This document shows positions 1 through 10,662 of a stretch of DNA of 64,000 nucleotides, in pieces. Source of the DNA: SAR86 cluster bacterium AG-390-O18 (GTDB lineage: Bacteria; Pseudomonadota; Gammaproteobacteria; Magnimaribacterales; AG-339-G14); NCBI GenBank assembly GCA_003279605.1, contig QCHF01000002.1, positions 456,455-520,454 on the forward strand, given 5' to 3'. How positions within the stretch are numbered: position 1 is the stretch's first letter; every line of letters begins with the position of its first letter. The notes beneath the pieces were generated by a model. That model did not search any database. It was not told where the DNA came from and saw nothing but the letters and a program-made list of their open reading frames with translations. The translations under genes were made by a program, and so were the position numbers.

Positions 1-2
1 GA

Positions 3-290
3 GCAGAGGCAAGACAACTTGTTAGCCACAAATCTGTTCTAGTAAATGGGAAAATAGTAAATATTCCTTCTTATCAGGTTGCTGAAGGTGATGAGATCTC
101 TATAGCAGAAAAATCACAGTCGCAAAAAAGAATTACACAGGCTTTATCTTTAAGCGAACAAAGAGAAGAATGTGAATGGGTATCAGTAGATAAATCTAAA
201 TTTACAGGTACTTTTAAAAATTTACCTACAAGAGAGTTGCTAAGTAGTGAAATAAATGAAAACTACATAGTAGAGCTTTATTCAAGGTAA
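3..290 (+). CDS. rpsD: 30S ribosomal protein S4, 5'-truncated by the window edge
   Basis: Frame 3 reads [26 protein letters not shown]...[12 protein letters not shown], matching the S4 C-terminal half; lies directly upstream of rpoA. Confidence 0.95.
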   Translation, partial: AEARQLVSHKSVLVNGKIVNIPSYQVAEGDEISIAEKSQSQKRITQALSLSEQREECEWVSVDKSKFTGTFKNLPTRELLSSEINENYIVELYSR

Positions 291-312
291 AAAATCTAAA
301 TTTGAGGATCAT

Positions 313-1305
313 ATGACAGACAATTTTGACATTATCAAAGACTTCTTAACTCCAAAAGAAATCATTGTGGAGGAGGTAAATCCTAACCATTCAAAAATTA
401 TTTTAGAGCCTTTAGAAAGGGGATTCGGCCATACTTTGGGGAATGCTTTAAGAAGAATCATTTTATCTTCTATACCTGGCTCATGTATTGTGGAGGCAAA
501 AATTGATGGGGTTTTGCATGAATTTTCAACAATTGATGGAGTTGCAGAAGACGTCATAAATATCCTTCTAAATTTAAAAGGTATAGCCGTTCGAATGATG
601 GATGTCGAAGAGGCAGAATTGTCTGTAGAGAAATCCGGAACAGGAAAGTTAACTGCAGGAGATTTTGAACTTCCTGCTGGAATAGAAGTTATAAACCCAG
701 ATCATAAGATTGCTACTCTTGCAGATAACGGAAGTATAAAAATGTCTATCAAAGTTCAAAAGGGTAGAGGTTATGATCCAGTAATAATTTCTGCTACTGA
801 GGAAGAAGAAAGCAAAGAAGTCGGTCTGTTAAGATTAGATGCTTCTTACTCGCCAATAGAAAAAGTGGCTTATCAAGTTGAAAATACAAGGGTAGAAAAC
901 AGAACAGATCTGGATAAGCTTATTTTAGATGTACATACAAATGGTACGATTGACCCAGAAGAAATCTTAAGGTTAGCAGCAACTATTTTGCAAAGACAGC
1001 TAATTGCATTTGCTGAATTAGGGTTTGAAACTGAAGAGGAAGAGGAGGAGGAGATACCTCCAGTTGATCCAATCATGCTTCGACCTGTTGATGAATTAGA
1101 ACTTACCGTTAGGTCAGCAAATTGCTTGAAAGTAGAGAAAATTTATTACATCGGTGATCTCGTTACTAGAAAAGAATCTGATTTATTAAAAACACCCAAC
1201 CTCGGAAGAAAGTCCTTGAATGAAATTAAAGACGTATTGGCTGCTAGGGGCTTATCTTTGGGATTAGAGTTAGATAACTGGCCGCCTTCAAATATAGAGA
1301 GTTAA
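313..1305 (+). CDS. rpoA: RNA polymerase alpha subunit
   Basis: [23 protein letters not shown] and [12 protein letters not shown] motifs; alpha-operon position. Confidence 0.99.
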   Translation: MTDNFDIIKDFLTPKEIIVEEVNPNHSKIILEPLERGFGHTLGNALRRIILSSIPGSCIVEAKIDGVLHEFSTIDGVAEDVINILLNLKGIAVRMMDVEEAELSVEKSGTGKLTAGDFELPAGIEVINPDHKIATLADNGSIKMSIKVQKGRGYDPVIISATEEEESKEVGLLRLDASYSPIEKVAYQVENTRVENRTDLDKLILDVHTNGTIDPEEILRLAATILQRQLIAFAELGFETEEEEEEEIPPVDPIMLRPVDELELTVRSANCLKVEKIYYIGDLVTRKESDLLKTPNLGRKSLNEIKDVLAARGLSLGLELDNWPPSNIES

Positions 1306-1712
1306 TGAGTAATTTAAAAAGAGGCAGAACTTTTGGTAGGAATAGTTCCAGAAGAAAGGCACTATTTCAATCTTTAGCTATTTCTCTTATAGAACATGAA
1401 GGGATTAAAACAACTTTGCCCAAAGCCAAAGAATTAAGGTCATTAATTGAACCTTTGATAACTCTTGCTAAAGATGATTCTGTAAGTAACCGAAGACTCG
1501 CTTTTTCAAAGATAGGAAATAAGTCTGCGGTAGGAAAACTTTTCTCTGATTTAGGTCCAAGATTCAAAGATAGACCTGGAGGCTATTCAAGAATAATTAA
1601 GATCGGTTTCAGAAAAGGAGACGCCGCTCCTATTGCTTTTATTGAGCTTGTAGACAGATCTATAGTGGACGAGACTGTTTCTGAAGCACCAGCAGAGCCA
1701 GAAAAAGCATAG
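1305..1712 (+). CDS. rplQ: 50S ribosomal protein L17
   Basis: [12 protein letters not shown] and [20 protein letters not shown] motifs; follows rpoA. Confidence 0.98.
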   Translation: MSNLKRGRTFGRNSSRRKALFQSLAISLIEHEGIKTTLPKAKELRSLIEPLITLAKDDSVSNRRLAFSKIGNKSAVGKLFSDLGPRFKDRPGGYSRIIKIGFRKGDAAPIAFIELVDRSIVDETVSEAPAEPEKA

Positions 1713-1736
1713 TCTGATTTTTTTACTCTAAGTAAT

Positions 1737-4538
1737 TTATAAAAATTTTCCGGTATAGGACTTTTTACATTTAGCTAGTTGACTAGTATTTCCTACTGCA
1801 ACTATCTCTCCACCACCGTTTCCTCCTTCAGGTCCAATATCTATAATCCAATCAGAGTTTCTAATAACATCTAGGTTATGTTCAATCACTACAATTGTAT
1901 TTCCCTGAGAATTTAGTTTCTGCAGAACATCCATCAAAAGCTGGACATCATGAAAATGCAAACCCGTCGTAGGCTCATCTAATAAATAGATTGTTTTTCC
2001 TGTAGAAGTTTTAGAGAGTTCTTTAGCTAACTTAACTCTTTGAGCTTCTCCTCCAGATAAAGTAGTAGCTGGCTGTCCTAACCTCAAATAGCCAAGGCCC
2101 ACTTGATTTAAAGTATCGAGTTTTTTCTTAATTTTTGGGACGGCTTCAAAAAACATAGTTGCTTGTTCAACAGTCATATTTAAAACTTCTGAAATATTTT
2201 TACCTTTATATTTAACTGTTAGGGTTTCATTGTTATATCTCTTTCCATTACATACATCACATTTAACATAAACATCTGGAAGAAAATGCATTTCTACTTT
2301 TATCATTCCATCTCCTTCACAGGCTTCACATCTTCCCCCTCTGACATTGAAGCTGAATCTTCCAGGTTTATATCCCTTAGCTCTTGCCTCTTGTGTTCCA
2401 GCAAAAAGTTCTCTTATCGGTGTAAAAATACCTGTATAAGTTACTGGATTAGATCGAGGAGTTCTACCAATAGGACTTTGACTAATTTCAATCACTTTAT
2501 CTATAAGTTCTGTTCCTTCTATTTTTTCAAATGCCTCAGTTTTCATAGAGCTTTTACTTAAAATATTCGATAGAGCGGGGTAAAGCGTTTGATTTATCAA
2601 GGTAGATTTTCCAGAACCAGAGACTCCTGTTATGGAAATTATATTCCCTAGGGGAATTTCTAAATCTATATTCTTGAGATTATTTCCTGAACATCCTGAT
2701 AACTTAATTTTTCCTTTATCTGTAATTTTTTTCTTTTTTTCTATTTGAATTCTTTTTTTTCCAAAAACATATTGAGACGTAAGAGAGTTTTTAGCCTTTT
2801 TAAGAGATTCAATATTACCGGAGAAACAAATTTCTCCTCCATGAATCCCTGCTTTTGGTCCTATATCTATAATGTGGTCTGCTTCTTCAATTGTTTCTTG
2901 ATCATGTTCTACGACTATTACAGTATTACCCAGTTCCTTCAGTCTTTTAAGAGTAGATAAAAGTTTTTTATTATCTCTTTGATGCAAGCCAATAGAAGGT
3001 TCATCAAGTATGTAGGTTACACCCACTAGGCCTGCACCAATTTGAGAGGCAAGCCTTATTCTTTGTGCTTCACCTCCGCTTAAAGTTTCAGCACTTCTAG
3101 AAAGTGTTAGGTAGTTAAGACCTACATCAGAAAGGAAGGTTAAACGTTCTTTTATCTCTTTAATTATTTTTATTGCTATTTCACCCTTTACTCCTGTTAA
3201 AGAAAGCTTTCTAAAAAAACTAAGAGCATCGCCAATTGTCATCCCTACAATTTCAGGTAAAGAATATTTATTTATAAAGACACTTCTTGCTTCTAAATTT
3301 AATCTGGTTCCGCCGCAGTCATCACAGATGGTATTAGTCATAAATTTTGCATAATATTCCCGTCTAAAATTGGAATCTGTATCTCCAAGTCTCCTTTCAA
3401 TATTTCTTACAATGCCTTCAAATGGCTTAAATATTTCTCTTTTGAAACCTCTTTTGGAAACATAACTAAAATCAACTTCATCGTTGCTTCCATAAAGGAC
3501 GATCTCTTTTTCTTTTTCTAACAGGTCTTCGAAAGGTGTATCCAGAGAAAACCCAAAAGTTTGACTGACTCTATTTAAGAGGTATCTATTATGATAGGTG
3601 TGACTTGCATCCCAATCTTTAATGGCTCCTTGATTAAGACTTAGTTCTGGCCTAACAATTAATTTTGAAAGATCTATTTTAGATTTATATCCTAAACCAT
3701 CGCAGGATGGACAAGCACCTGATGGACTATTGAATGAAAATAATCTTGGCTCTAATTCTTGAATGCTAAAACCGCATTTGGGACAAGCCATTTTAGTCGA
3801 AAATGCATCAAAGCTTTTTTCGTCATCCATGTCCTGAATTTCTATCAATCCATTAGATTCAGAAACACATGTCTCTAAAGATTGTATGAGACGACTATTA
3901 TTTTTTGAATCAACAGTGAGTCTATCAACCACGATGGAGATTGAATGTTTTTTATTTTTATCTAGTTTGATTTGATCGCTTAAATCATAAACTACTCCAT
4001 TCACAATTACTCTTACATATCCTTTCATAAGAAGGTCATTAAATAAGTTCAAATGCTCGCCTTTTTGCTCTTTAACTAAAGGAGCTAAAATAAAAACTCT
4101 TTTTTTATTAAAAGTTTTTAGTATTTTTTTACTTATTTGGTCAATGGTTTGTCCTTCAAGAGAGATATTATGATCTAGGCATTTTGCAGTGCCTGACCTA
4201 GCATAAAGAAGCCTTAGATAATCATAAATTTCTGTCACAGTTCCAACCGTTGATCTAGGATTATGAGAAGTTGATTTTTGCTCAATGGATATCGCGGGAG
4301 ATAATCCTTCTATAGTATCAACCTCAGGTTTATCCATGACGGAAAGGAATTGTCTGGCATAAGCGGAAAGAGATTCTACATATCTTCTTTGTCCTTCAGC
4401 ATACAAAGTATCAAAAGCAAGTGAGGATTTTCCTGAACCCGATAAGCCGGTTATCACAGTCAATTTATCTCTAGGTATATCTAAATCGATATTTTTAAGA
4501 TTATGTTGTTTGGCGCCTTTGACATGGATAAATTTCAT
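1737..4538 (-). CDS. uvrA: Excinuclease ABC subunit A
   Basis: [28 protein letters not shown], two ABC cassettes and zinc fingers, 933 aa. Confidence 0.99.
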   Translation of the reverse strand: MKFIHVKGAKQHNLKNIDLDIPRDKLTVITGLSGSGKSSLAFDTLYAEGQRRYVESLSAYARQFLSVMDKPEVDTIEGLSPAISIEQKSTSHNPRSTVGTVTEIYDYLRLLYARSGTAKCLDHNISLEGQTIDQISKKILKTFNKKRVFILAPLVKEQKGEHLNLFNDLLMKGYVRVIVNGVVYDLSDQIKLDKNKKHSISIVVDRLTVDSKNNSRLIQSLETCVSESNGLIEIQDMDDEKSFDAFSTKMACPKCGFSIQELEPRLFSFNSPSGACPSCDGLGYKSKIDLSKLIVRPELSLNQGAIKDWDASHTYHNRYLLNRVSQTFGFSLDTPFEDLLEKEKEIVLYGSNDEVDFSYVSKRGFKREIFKPFEGIVRNIERRLGDTDSNFRREYYAKFMTNTICDDCGGTRLNLEARSVFINKYSLPEIVGMTIGDALSFFRKLSLTGVKGEIAIKIIKEIKERLTFLSDVGLNYLTLSRSAETLSGGEAQRIRLASQIGAGLVGVTYILDEPSIGLHQRDNKKLLSTLKRLKELGNTVIVVEHDQETIEEADHIIDIGPKAGIHGGEICFSGNIESLKKAKNSLTSQYVFGKKRIQIEKKKKITDKGKIKLSGCSGNNLKNIDLEIPLGNIISITGVSGSGKSTLINQTLYPALSNILSKSSMKTEAFEKIEGTELIDKVIEISQSPIGRTPRSNPVTYTGIFTPIRELFAGTQEARAKGYKPGRFSFNVRGGRCEACEGDGMIKVEMHFLPDVYVKCDVCNGKRYNNETLTVKYKGKNISEVLNMTVEQATMFFEAVPKIKKKLDTLNQVGLGYLRLGQPATTLSGGEAQRVKLAKELSKTSTGKTIYLLDEPTTGLHFHDVQLLMDVLQKLNSQGNTIVVIEHNLDVIRNSDWIIDIGPEGGNGGGEIVAVGNTSQLAKCKKSYTGKFL

Positions 4539-4585
4539 TTATTTAATTTTTCTTTTAGATTAGACTAACTTATCAGATATCAATT

Positions 4586-5029
4586 ATGGCTCAAAGTGGA
4601 ATAAATAAGGTTATATTACTTGGAAATTTAGGACAGGATCCTGAAGTCAGATATACAGCTGGAGGCGTGCCAATAGCAAATATATCTATTGCTACCTCAA
4701 ACAGCTGGAAGGATAAAAACTCTGGAGAGACTGTAGAACAAACTGAGTGGCATAGAATTGTTTTTTTCAATCGTCTTGCAGAAATTGTTGAACAATATCT
4801 TAAAAAAGGTTCAAAAATATATGTAGAAGGTCAATTAAGAACTAACTCCTGGGAAGATAAAAATACTGGAGAAAAAAAATTTAGAACTGAAATTGTTGCA
4901 AGAGAAATGCAAATGCTTAGTTCTAGAGGAGAGATGAGCCAGCAGAATCAGGACTCAGGATTTGATCAGTCTTCGCAAAATTCTCAAGAAGAAAGTGTGC
5001 CATGGGACGACGAAGATATACCTTTTTAA
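4586..5029 (+). CDS. ssb: Single-stranded DNA-binding protein
   Basis: [19 protein letters not shown]-terminus and acidic DDEDIPF tail; divergent from uvrA. Confidence 0.99.
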   Translation: MAQSGINKVILLGNLGQDPEVRYTAGGVPIANISIATSNSWKDKNSGETVEQTEWHRIVFFNRLAEIVEQYLKKGSKIYVEGQLRTNSWEDKNTGEKKFRTEIVAREMQMLSSRGEMSQQNQDSGFDQSSQNSQEESVPWDDEDIPF

Positions 5030-6249
5030 TTCTCGTATTTAGAAAGAACTAAACTCACATTAGTTCCACCAAAACCAAAACTATTACTCATAAAAGAATT
5101 AAATTCTTTTTCCAAAGATTTTTCGGGAATATTTATGCCATCTGCTTCAGGAATGGGATTAGTTAAATTTTTATTTCCAGCGATGAAGTTTCCATTCATC
5201 ATAAGTATGCTGTAAATGCATTCTTGCACACCTGCTGCACCTAAAGTGTGTCCAGTAAGGGATTTTGTTGAACTTACTATTGGAATATCATTTTTGAATA
5301 CTGATTTTATAGCATTCAACTCAATAGGATCTCCAGCAGGGGTAGAAGTTCCATGGGCATTAAGATAATCAATAGATTTTAGACCACTCATTTCCAAAGA
5401 TTTTTTCATACAATTTTTCGCCCCTTCACCAGATGGAGCAACCATATCATCCCCATCCGATGTTGCTGAGTATCCTTTTATTTCTGCATATATTTTTGCT
5501 TTTCTTGACAAGGCATGTTCCAGTTCTTCAACTATCAAAATTCCTCCTCCACCTGAAATTACAAAACCATCCCTATTTTCGTCGAAAGGCCTTGAAGCTG
5601 CAGTTGGATTTTCGTTGAAATTACTAGATAAAGCTCCCATCGCATCGAACAATCCAGATTGTGTCCAATGTTCATCTTCTGCTCCTCCTGCAATAATCAC
5701 ATCTTGATTACCAAGTTGGATCTGCTCCCAAGCAGAACCTATGCAGTGAGCGCTGGTAGAGCAAGCTGATGAGATTGAGAAATTTACTCCTTTGATTTTT
5801 AAAGAAGTAGCCAGGCAAGCCGAAACTGTACTTCCCATAGTTTGGGTTACTCGATAAGGACCAATTCTTTTAACTCCTTTTTCTCTTAATATATCTGCTG
5901 CATCGACTTGGCTTCGGGAAGATGCTCCGCCAGAACCCGCGATAACTCCTATCCTATCCGTCTTAAAGATACTTTCTGGTAATTCAGAGTCCCTTAATGC
6001 ATCTAAAGCACTTATATAGGAATAAGCTGCAGCTTCTCCCATAAATCTAAATAATTTTCTATCTATTAAATCTTTTAGATTAATTAAAATGGATCCAGAA
6101 ATTTTGCTTCTAAATCCTAAATCATCGTATTCATCATTTTTAGATATTCCCGAGTTACCTTGTCTCAATGATTCAGATATTTCATCTAAGTTATTTCCAA
6201 TACAGGAAACTGAACCCATTCCTGTGATAACTGCTCTTTTTTTTATCAT
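5026..6249 (-). CDS. fabB: Beta-ketoacyl-ACP synthase I; likely start is the ATG at 6249 ([10 protein letters not shown])
   Basis: [22 protein letters not shown] and [10 protein letters not shown] motifs; directly downstream of fabA. Confidence 0.95.
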   Translation of the reverse strand: MIKKRAVITGMGSVSCIGNNLDEISESLRQGNSGISKNDEYDDLGFRSKISGSILINLKDLIDRKLFRFMGEAAAYSYISALDALRDSELPESIFKTDRIGVIAGSGGASSRSQVDAADILREKGVKRIGPYRVTQTMGSTVSACLATSLKIKGVNFSISSACSTSAHCIGSAWEQIQLGNQDVIIAGGAEDEHWTQSGLFDAMGALSSNFNENPTAASRPFDENRDGFVISGGGGILIVEELEHALSRKAKIYAEIKGYSATSDGDDMVAPSGEGAKNCMKKSLEMSGLKSIDYLNAHGTSTPAGDPIELNAIKSVFKNDIPIVSSTKSLTGHTLGAAGVQECIYSILMMNGNFIAGNKNLTNPIPEADGINIPEKSLEKEFNSFMSNSFGFGGTNVSLVLSKYEN

Positions 6250-6250
6250 T

Positions 6251-6772
6251 TTAGAAATTTTGTGGATCTTCAAATAAACCAACTCTTAAATCTTTGGCAG
6301 AATAAATTTCTTTTCCATCGACAAACATTAATCCATCAGCGAATCCAATGACAAGCTTTTGTTTTCTGACCTTTTTTATACTGATTTTGTATTCAACCAG
6401 TTTAGCTTTTGGTAGTACTTGGCCATAAAATTTCACTTGTCCTGAACCTAGTGCTCTTCCAATGCCACTACTACCTTCCCATAAAAGATAAAAACCTAAT
6501 AATTGCCACATTGCATCAAGTCCAAGACAACCTGGCATAACCGGATCTGTTGAAAAGTGACAGTCAAAAAACCAAAGCTCAGGAGTTATGTCCAGCTCAC
6601 CTTGAATTTCTCCATTATTGTAATCACCTTTAGAATCATTGATTTCAACAATTCTATCCATCATCAACATTTCATTATTAGGCAATCTTCCATTTCCCGG
6701 CCCAAATAAATCACCATCTGAGCAAGCTATAAGCTCATCTTTAGAAAAATTATTTTTATTTTTTAAATCCAT
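6251..6772 (-). CDS. fabA: 3-hydroxyacyl-ACP dehydratase/isomerase
   Basis: [25 protein letters not shown] motif. Confidence 0.97.
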   Translation of the reverse strand: MDLKNKNNFSKDELIACSDGDLFGPGNGRLPNNEMLMMDRIVEINDSKGDYNNGEIQGELDITPELWFFDCHFSTDPVMPGCLGLDAMWQLLGFYLLWEGSSGIGRALGSGQVKFYGQVLPKAKLVEYKISIKKVRKQKLVIGFADGLMFVDGKEIYSAKDLRVGLFEDPQNF

Positions 6773-6803
6773 TTTTAATCAATTATCATACCTTTCTTAA
6801 AGA

Positions 6804-6836
6804 TTGCGAGGAAAGACTTTATCCTATACTATTCGC
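6804..6836 (+). promoter_or_regulatory. Candidate sigma70 promoter of rplU-rpmA
   Basis: TTGCGA (6804-6809), 17 nt, TACTAT (6827-6832), followed by TCGC discriminator. Confidence 0.55.
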
Positions 6837-6858
6837 TTCTATTTTGTAATTTGTAAAG

Positions 6859-7176
6859 ATGTACGCAGTAATAAAAAGCGGAGGAAAGCAACATAAAGTT
6901 TCAGAAGGAGAAGAAATTCTTCTTGAAAAAATATCTTTAGATGAAGGACAAGGGATTGAGTTTTCTGAAGTTTTAGCTGTAAACAAAGACGGTACTTTAA
7001 ATGTGGGTAAACCACTCTTAAAGGGAGCAATCGTAAAGGGCAAGGTAATAAACCATATCAAGACAAAAAAAATTACTGTTATAAAAATGAAAAGAAGAAA
7101 AGATTACAGAAAAAAACAAGGACATAGGCAGAATTTAACAAAAGTAAAAATTGAATCTATAAGTTATGGCGCATAA
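6859..7176 (+). CDS. rplU: 50S ribosomal protein L21
   Basis: [14 protein letters not shown] and [14 protein letters not shown] motifs. Confidence 0.98.
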   Translation: MYAVIKSGGKQHKVSEGEEILLEKISLDEGQGIEFSEVLAVNKDGTLNVGKPLLKGAIVKGKVINHIKTKKITVIKMKRRKDYRKKQGHRQNLTKVKIESISYGA

Positions 7177-7426
7177 GAAAGCAGGCGGAAGCTCCAGAAA
7201 CGGAAGAGATTCTGAGTCAAAGAGGCTTGGAGTCAAAAGATATGGCGGCCAAGCAGTTTCCGCTGGAGAAATACTCGTCAGGCAAAGAGGAACAAAATTT
7301 CATCCTGGGCATAACGTTGGAATCGGAAAAGACCATACTCTTTTTGCAAAATGTGATGGAAAAGTTTTCTTTAATAAAAAAGGAAAAAACCTCAAACAAT
7401 TTGTCAATATAGAATCAACCTCATAA
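7166..7426 (+). CDS. rpmA: 50S ribosomal protein L27
   Basis: [25 protein letters not shown]-terminus. Confidence 0.99.
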   Translation: MAHKKAGGSSRNGRDSESKRLGVKRYGGQAVSAGEILVRQRGTKFHPGHNVGIGKDHTLFAKCDGKVFFNKKGKNLKQFVNIESTS

Positions 7427-7430
7427 TGTC

Positions 7431-8447
7431 ATGCGCTTCATTGATGAAGCAGTAATTGAAATATCATCTGGAGATGGCGGTAATGGCTGTCTTAGTTTCC
7501 GTCGTGAGAAATTCATTCCAAAAGGAGGGCCCGACGGTGGCGATGGTGGAAAAGGCGGTAATATTAATTTTATTGCAAAAGAATCTTTGCATACTTTGCA
7601 AGATTTTAAACTTAAAAGAAAATACAAAGCCCAAAACGGCCGACAAGGAAAAGGCAAAAATATGCATGGAAAGGATGGTGAAGATACCATCTTAAAGGTG
7701 CCCTTAGGAACCGTATTAATAAATGATGAAACGGATGAACTTCTTTGCGATCTTACTAAATCCAATGAGGTATACACAGCTGTAAAAGGAGGGACAGGAG
7801 GTCTTGGCAATGCTAGGTTTAAGACATCAACCAATAGAGCTCCAAGAAAAACCACTGAAGGAAAATTAGGAGAAATAGTAAAAGTAAGATTGGAGTTAAA
7901 AGTCCTAGCAGATGTAGGTCTTCTAGGTAAGCCTAATGCAGGAAAATCAACTTTAATTTCAAAAATATCTTCAGCAAAACCTAAAATTGCTGATTATCCT
8001 TTCACAACATTAAGCCCTAATTTAGGCGTGGTTAAGATAAATAGTTATTCAAGTTTTGTAGTAGCCGATATACCAGGATTAATTCCAGGAGCATCAGAAG
8101 GTATTGGGTTGGGAATAGATTTTTTGAAGCATCTTTCTAGAGTAGAAATACTTTTACATCTTATAGATGTCGAGGAAGGAGACTCTGAAAGGATTAAAAA
8201 AGATTTTGATGATATTAATAAAGAATTAGAAGAATATAGTGAAGAGCTTAATCAAAAAGAACAGTGGGTTGTAATAAGTAAAATCGATAAAATTTCTGAA
8301 GATAAAAGAAAACATATAGAAAAAGAATCAAAAAAACTTTTTAGCAGAAAAAATATCTTTTATGTATCATCGATTTCTGGATCAGGTTTAGAGAACATAA
8401 TTCAAAGCATAGGAAATAGACTAGCAAATGAAAAAAATAAATCATAA
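7431..8447 (+). CDS. obgE: GTPase ObgE/CgtA
   Basis: Gly-rich Obg fold (GGPDGGDGGKGG), GKPNAGKST and DYPFTTL motifs. Confidence 0.98.
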   Translation: MRFIDEAVIEISSGDGGNGCLSFRREKFIPKGGPDGGDGGKGGNINFIAKESLHTLQDFKLKRKYKAQNGRQGKGKNMHGKDGEDTILKVPLGTVLINDETDELLCDLTKSNEVYTAVKGGTGGLGNARFKTSTNRAPRKTTEGKLGEIVKVRLELKVLADVGLLGKPNAGKSTLISKISSAKPKIADYPFTTLSPNLGVVKINSYSSFVVADIPGLIPGASEGIGLGIDFLKHLSRVEILLHLIDVEEGDSERIKKDFDDINKELEEYSEELNQKEQWVVISKIDKISEDKRKHIEKESKKLFSRKNIFYVSSISGSGLENIIQSIGNRLANEKNKS

Positions 8448-9213
8448 AAAACTAATTGTAATCAAAGCTGGATCAAGCCTAACAACTTTGTCATCAGGAC
8501 TGCCTAATTTGAGATTTATAAGGTCAATTTCTGAGCAAATTTTTGGGCTTTACAAAAAAGGGTTTCATATTGTTCTGGTTTCTTCAGGTGCAATTGCTCA
8601 AGGAATGAAAATATGGAATTTATCTTCCAAACCTAAGTCGGTTGATTTTCTCCAGGCTTTATCTGCATCTGGTCAGATTGGACTTATAAATAACTATCAA
8701 AAAGAGTTTAAGAGATATGATTTAATCGCCGCACAAGTTTTACTAAGCCATTCAGATTTTGGCGTTAAAAGCCGTTCTGAAAATGCTAAAAATAGTATTT
8801 CTAACCTTATAAGGCTAGGCGCTATCCCAATTATTAATGAAAATGATTCTATATCTACAGAAGAAATTTTAAACGGAGATAACGATAGGCTAAGCGGTAA
8901 AGTTGCAACATTATTAAGCTCAAAAAAACTATTTATTTTGACAGATCAAGATGGACTCCATGATAAAAACCCTGATAAAAATAGAGATGCAGAATTAATT
9001 CATAAAATTAACTTGAACAAATTTGATTTTAAAAGCATATCTTTTGGTGATTCAAGTATTTTAGGAAGAGGAGGAATGACGACTAAAATAAAAGCTGCAA
9101 GAGATTACCTCAACAAGAATAATGAGGTTTGGATATTAAATGGTAATGAAAAAGGGATTATAGAAAAAGCAATGCAAAGAAAACCTATTGGAACAAAGAT
9201 ATACTTAGCCTAA
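8428..9213 (+). CDS. proB: Glutamate 5-kinase, short form lacking the PUA domain
   Basis: VIKAGSS, LVSSGAIA, PIINEND, GDND and GGMTTKIKAA motifs; conserved obg-proB order; 261 aa. Confidence 0.9.
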   Translation: MKKINHKKLIVIKAGSSLTTLSSGLPNLRFIRSISEQIFGLYKKGFHIVLVSSGAIAQGMKIWNLSSKPKSVDFLQALSASGQIGLINNYQKEFKRYDLIAAQVLLSHSDFGVKSRSENAKNSISNLIRLGAIPIINENDSISTEEILNGDNDRLSGKVATLLSSKKLFILTDQDGLHDKNPDKNRDAELIHKINLNKFDFKSISFGDSSILGRGGMTTKIKAARDYLNKNNEVWILNGNEKGIIEKAMQRKPIGTKIYLA

Positions 9214-9468
9214 TTTTTTTATAGATTTACTTAATCGAGACTTTTGTCGAGCAACTGCATTTTTAGGAAGGACTTTTTTGTTGGCCAGTTTATCTAAAAC
9301 TTTTTGAGTTGAAATAAATATATCTTTAGCCTTTGTAGCGTCGTTTTCTGCAATAGCATCTTCAACATTTTTAATCATGGTTCTCATAGATGCCCTTTGG
9401 GAACTCTTTAAAGAATTACGAGAGTTTGCTTGCCTAGACCTTTTTTTAGCTGATTGGATATTCGCCAT
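9205..9468 (-). CDS. rpsT: 30S ribosomal protein S20
   Basis: MANIQSAKKRSRQ N-terminus and KNAVARQKSRL motif. Confidence 0.97.
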   Translation of the reverse strand: MANIQSAKKRSRQANSRNSLKSSQRASMRTMIKNVEDAIAENDATKAKDIFISTQKVLDKLANKKVLPKNAVARQKSRLSKSIKKLG

Positions 9469-9505
9469 AGGAGGCGATGATGAAGAGTATTTAGTTTATT
9501 GTCAA
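9469..9505 (-). promoter_or_regulatory. Candidate sigma70 promoter of rpsT with GC-rich discriminator
   Basis: Minus strand reads TTGACA (9505-9500), 17 nt, CATCAT (9482-9477), CGCCTCCT, ATG. Confidence 0.65.
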
Positions 9506-10269
9506 CTTTCTATTTTGATTTTTGTGAATAAAAATAGCTTATAGATTAGCCTTAGAAGCTCATTTACCAATCTATAAGGAGCCATAATCCAATATCTTTT
9601 ATAGAAAGGAAACTTGAACTCACTTTTTGCTTGAATATATGAATTTTTGAGATGCAGCTCTTCTTTAAGGTATACAGGAGCTGGAGAAATACTTAAAGAT
9701 CTTAGATTCAAAATCCAATCTCTATCCATTGCATGGTCTATAGGAAGACTCATTTTGTTAATTTTTTTTAAAATATTTTTTGCTGCATGCCTATTTATCA
9801 AGTAACAACCTGTACCAGATTTAAATCCAAAATTTAATGATAAAAAGAAGTCTTTATAAATTTTTTTTAATTTTAGGGGCAATCCTATTTCTTTTGTTCT
9901 ATTGCTTCCTCCGCTGAGTCTTAATAAATCAAAATTAATCTTAGACTTAAGAGCGCCGTTGATTATTTCAATCATATCTTTATTAAATTCAATATCATCT
10001 TCACAGACAAGAGCCCAGTCCTCTTTGGTTTTTAGAAACTTTTTTAAGACATTTAAGTGACTAAAATAACAACCCAATTCTCCAAGGTTTGTTTTTTTAC
10101 CATGCAATATATTGTATTTTAGTTCAGAATAATTTTTATGAGGCAAAGATAAGTCTTTACCATCTACTGCCTCTTCGAGATAAAAATCTATTCCTACTTT
10201 ATTAAAAGTCTCCTTTGCTGAAACTAATCTATCATTTGCTCTTTTTAAATTTATTAAGTAAGTGATCAC
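9502..10269 (-). CDS. Glycosyltransferase family 25 (LPS/LOS biosynthesis-like)
   Basis: YLINLKRANDRL, EAVDG, GELGCYFSHL, LVCEDD, GTGCYLINR and PIDH motifs; GTG start. Confidence 0.9.
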   Translation of the reverse strand: MITYLINLKRANDRLVSAKETFNKVGIDFYLEEAVDGKDLSLPHKNYSELKYNILHGKKTNLGELGCYFSHLNVLKKFLKTKEDWALVCEDDIEFNKDMIEIINGALKSKINFDLLRLSGGSNRTKEIGLPLKLKKIYKDFFLSLNFGFKSGTGCYLINRHAAKNILKKINKMSLPIDHAMDRDWILNLRSLSISPAPVYLKEELHLKNSYIQAKSEFKFPFYKRYWIMAPYRLVNELLRLIYKLFLFTKIKIES

Positions 10270-10281
10270 AATAAAATTATT

Positions 10282-10634
10282 TGGTGGAGGCGGCGGGTAT
10301 CGAACCCGCGTCCATCAATCTTTCCCTATCAGCTCTACATGTTTAGATTCATCTTTTCAATTCCTTTTTTAACTCTCCGATGAGCAGGATAGATAAAAAG
10401 TATTCTGTAAAAAGCTTTTCAAAAAAATCACAGAAATATTTTCTTGAGCAACCTATTAATCGACTTTCTTTTACCTTAATAGATATCAGGTAAAGAAAGC
10501 TAGCCTAATTAAGCGGCTAGAGCGTAGTTTGCTTTATTGCCAACTAATTGTTTTGCAACTTTTTTTAACGAGATTGTTACCAGCTCGACATGCACATTAA
10601 GTTCAAAAACAGATGTCTAATCCATTTCGCCCCC
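10282..10634 (-). ncRNA. ssrA: tmRNA
   Basis: 5' GGGGGCG pairs with 3' CGCCUCC-ACCA with a G3.U70-type alanine identity pair; T arm GCGGG-UUCGAUA-CCCGC; tag ORF ending YALAA* at 10541-10509; downstream of smpB. Confidence 0.97.
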
Positions 10635-10662
10635 ATAAAGTTATCTTATTGTAATAATTTTT

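Noticed and set aside
1025-1055. Poly-Glu stretch (GAA/GAG run) in rpoA
   Set aside because: It lies in the flexible linker between the alpha NTD and CTD and uses mixed codons, so it is not a contingency repeat.
2725-2760. Homopolymer A/T runs within genes as possible phase-variation or frameshift sites
   Set aside because: They are expected from Lys/Phe codons in an AT-rich genome, and the reading frames are intact.
4539-4585. Possible LexA box between uvrA and ssb
   Set aside because: No CTGT-N8-ACAG motif is present in the 47-bp spacer.
9469-9494. Plus-strand AGGAGG followed by mini-ORF MMKSI*, and a 7-bp match (GGAGGCG) to the tmRNA 3' end as a possible att remnant
   Set aside because: Better explained as the complement of the rpsT promoter discriminator and -10 box; 7 bp is too short to support an att site.
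10282-10315. tRNA-like T arm and CCA end
   Set aside because: It is the tRNA-like domain of tmRNA, not a separate tRNA.
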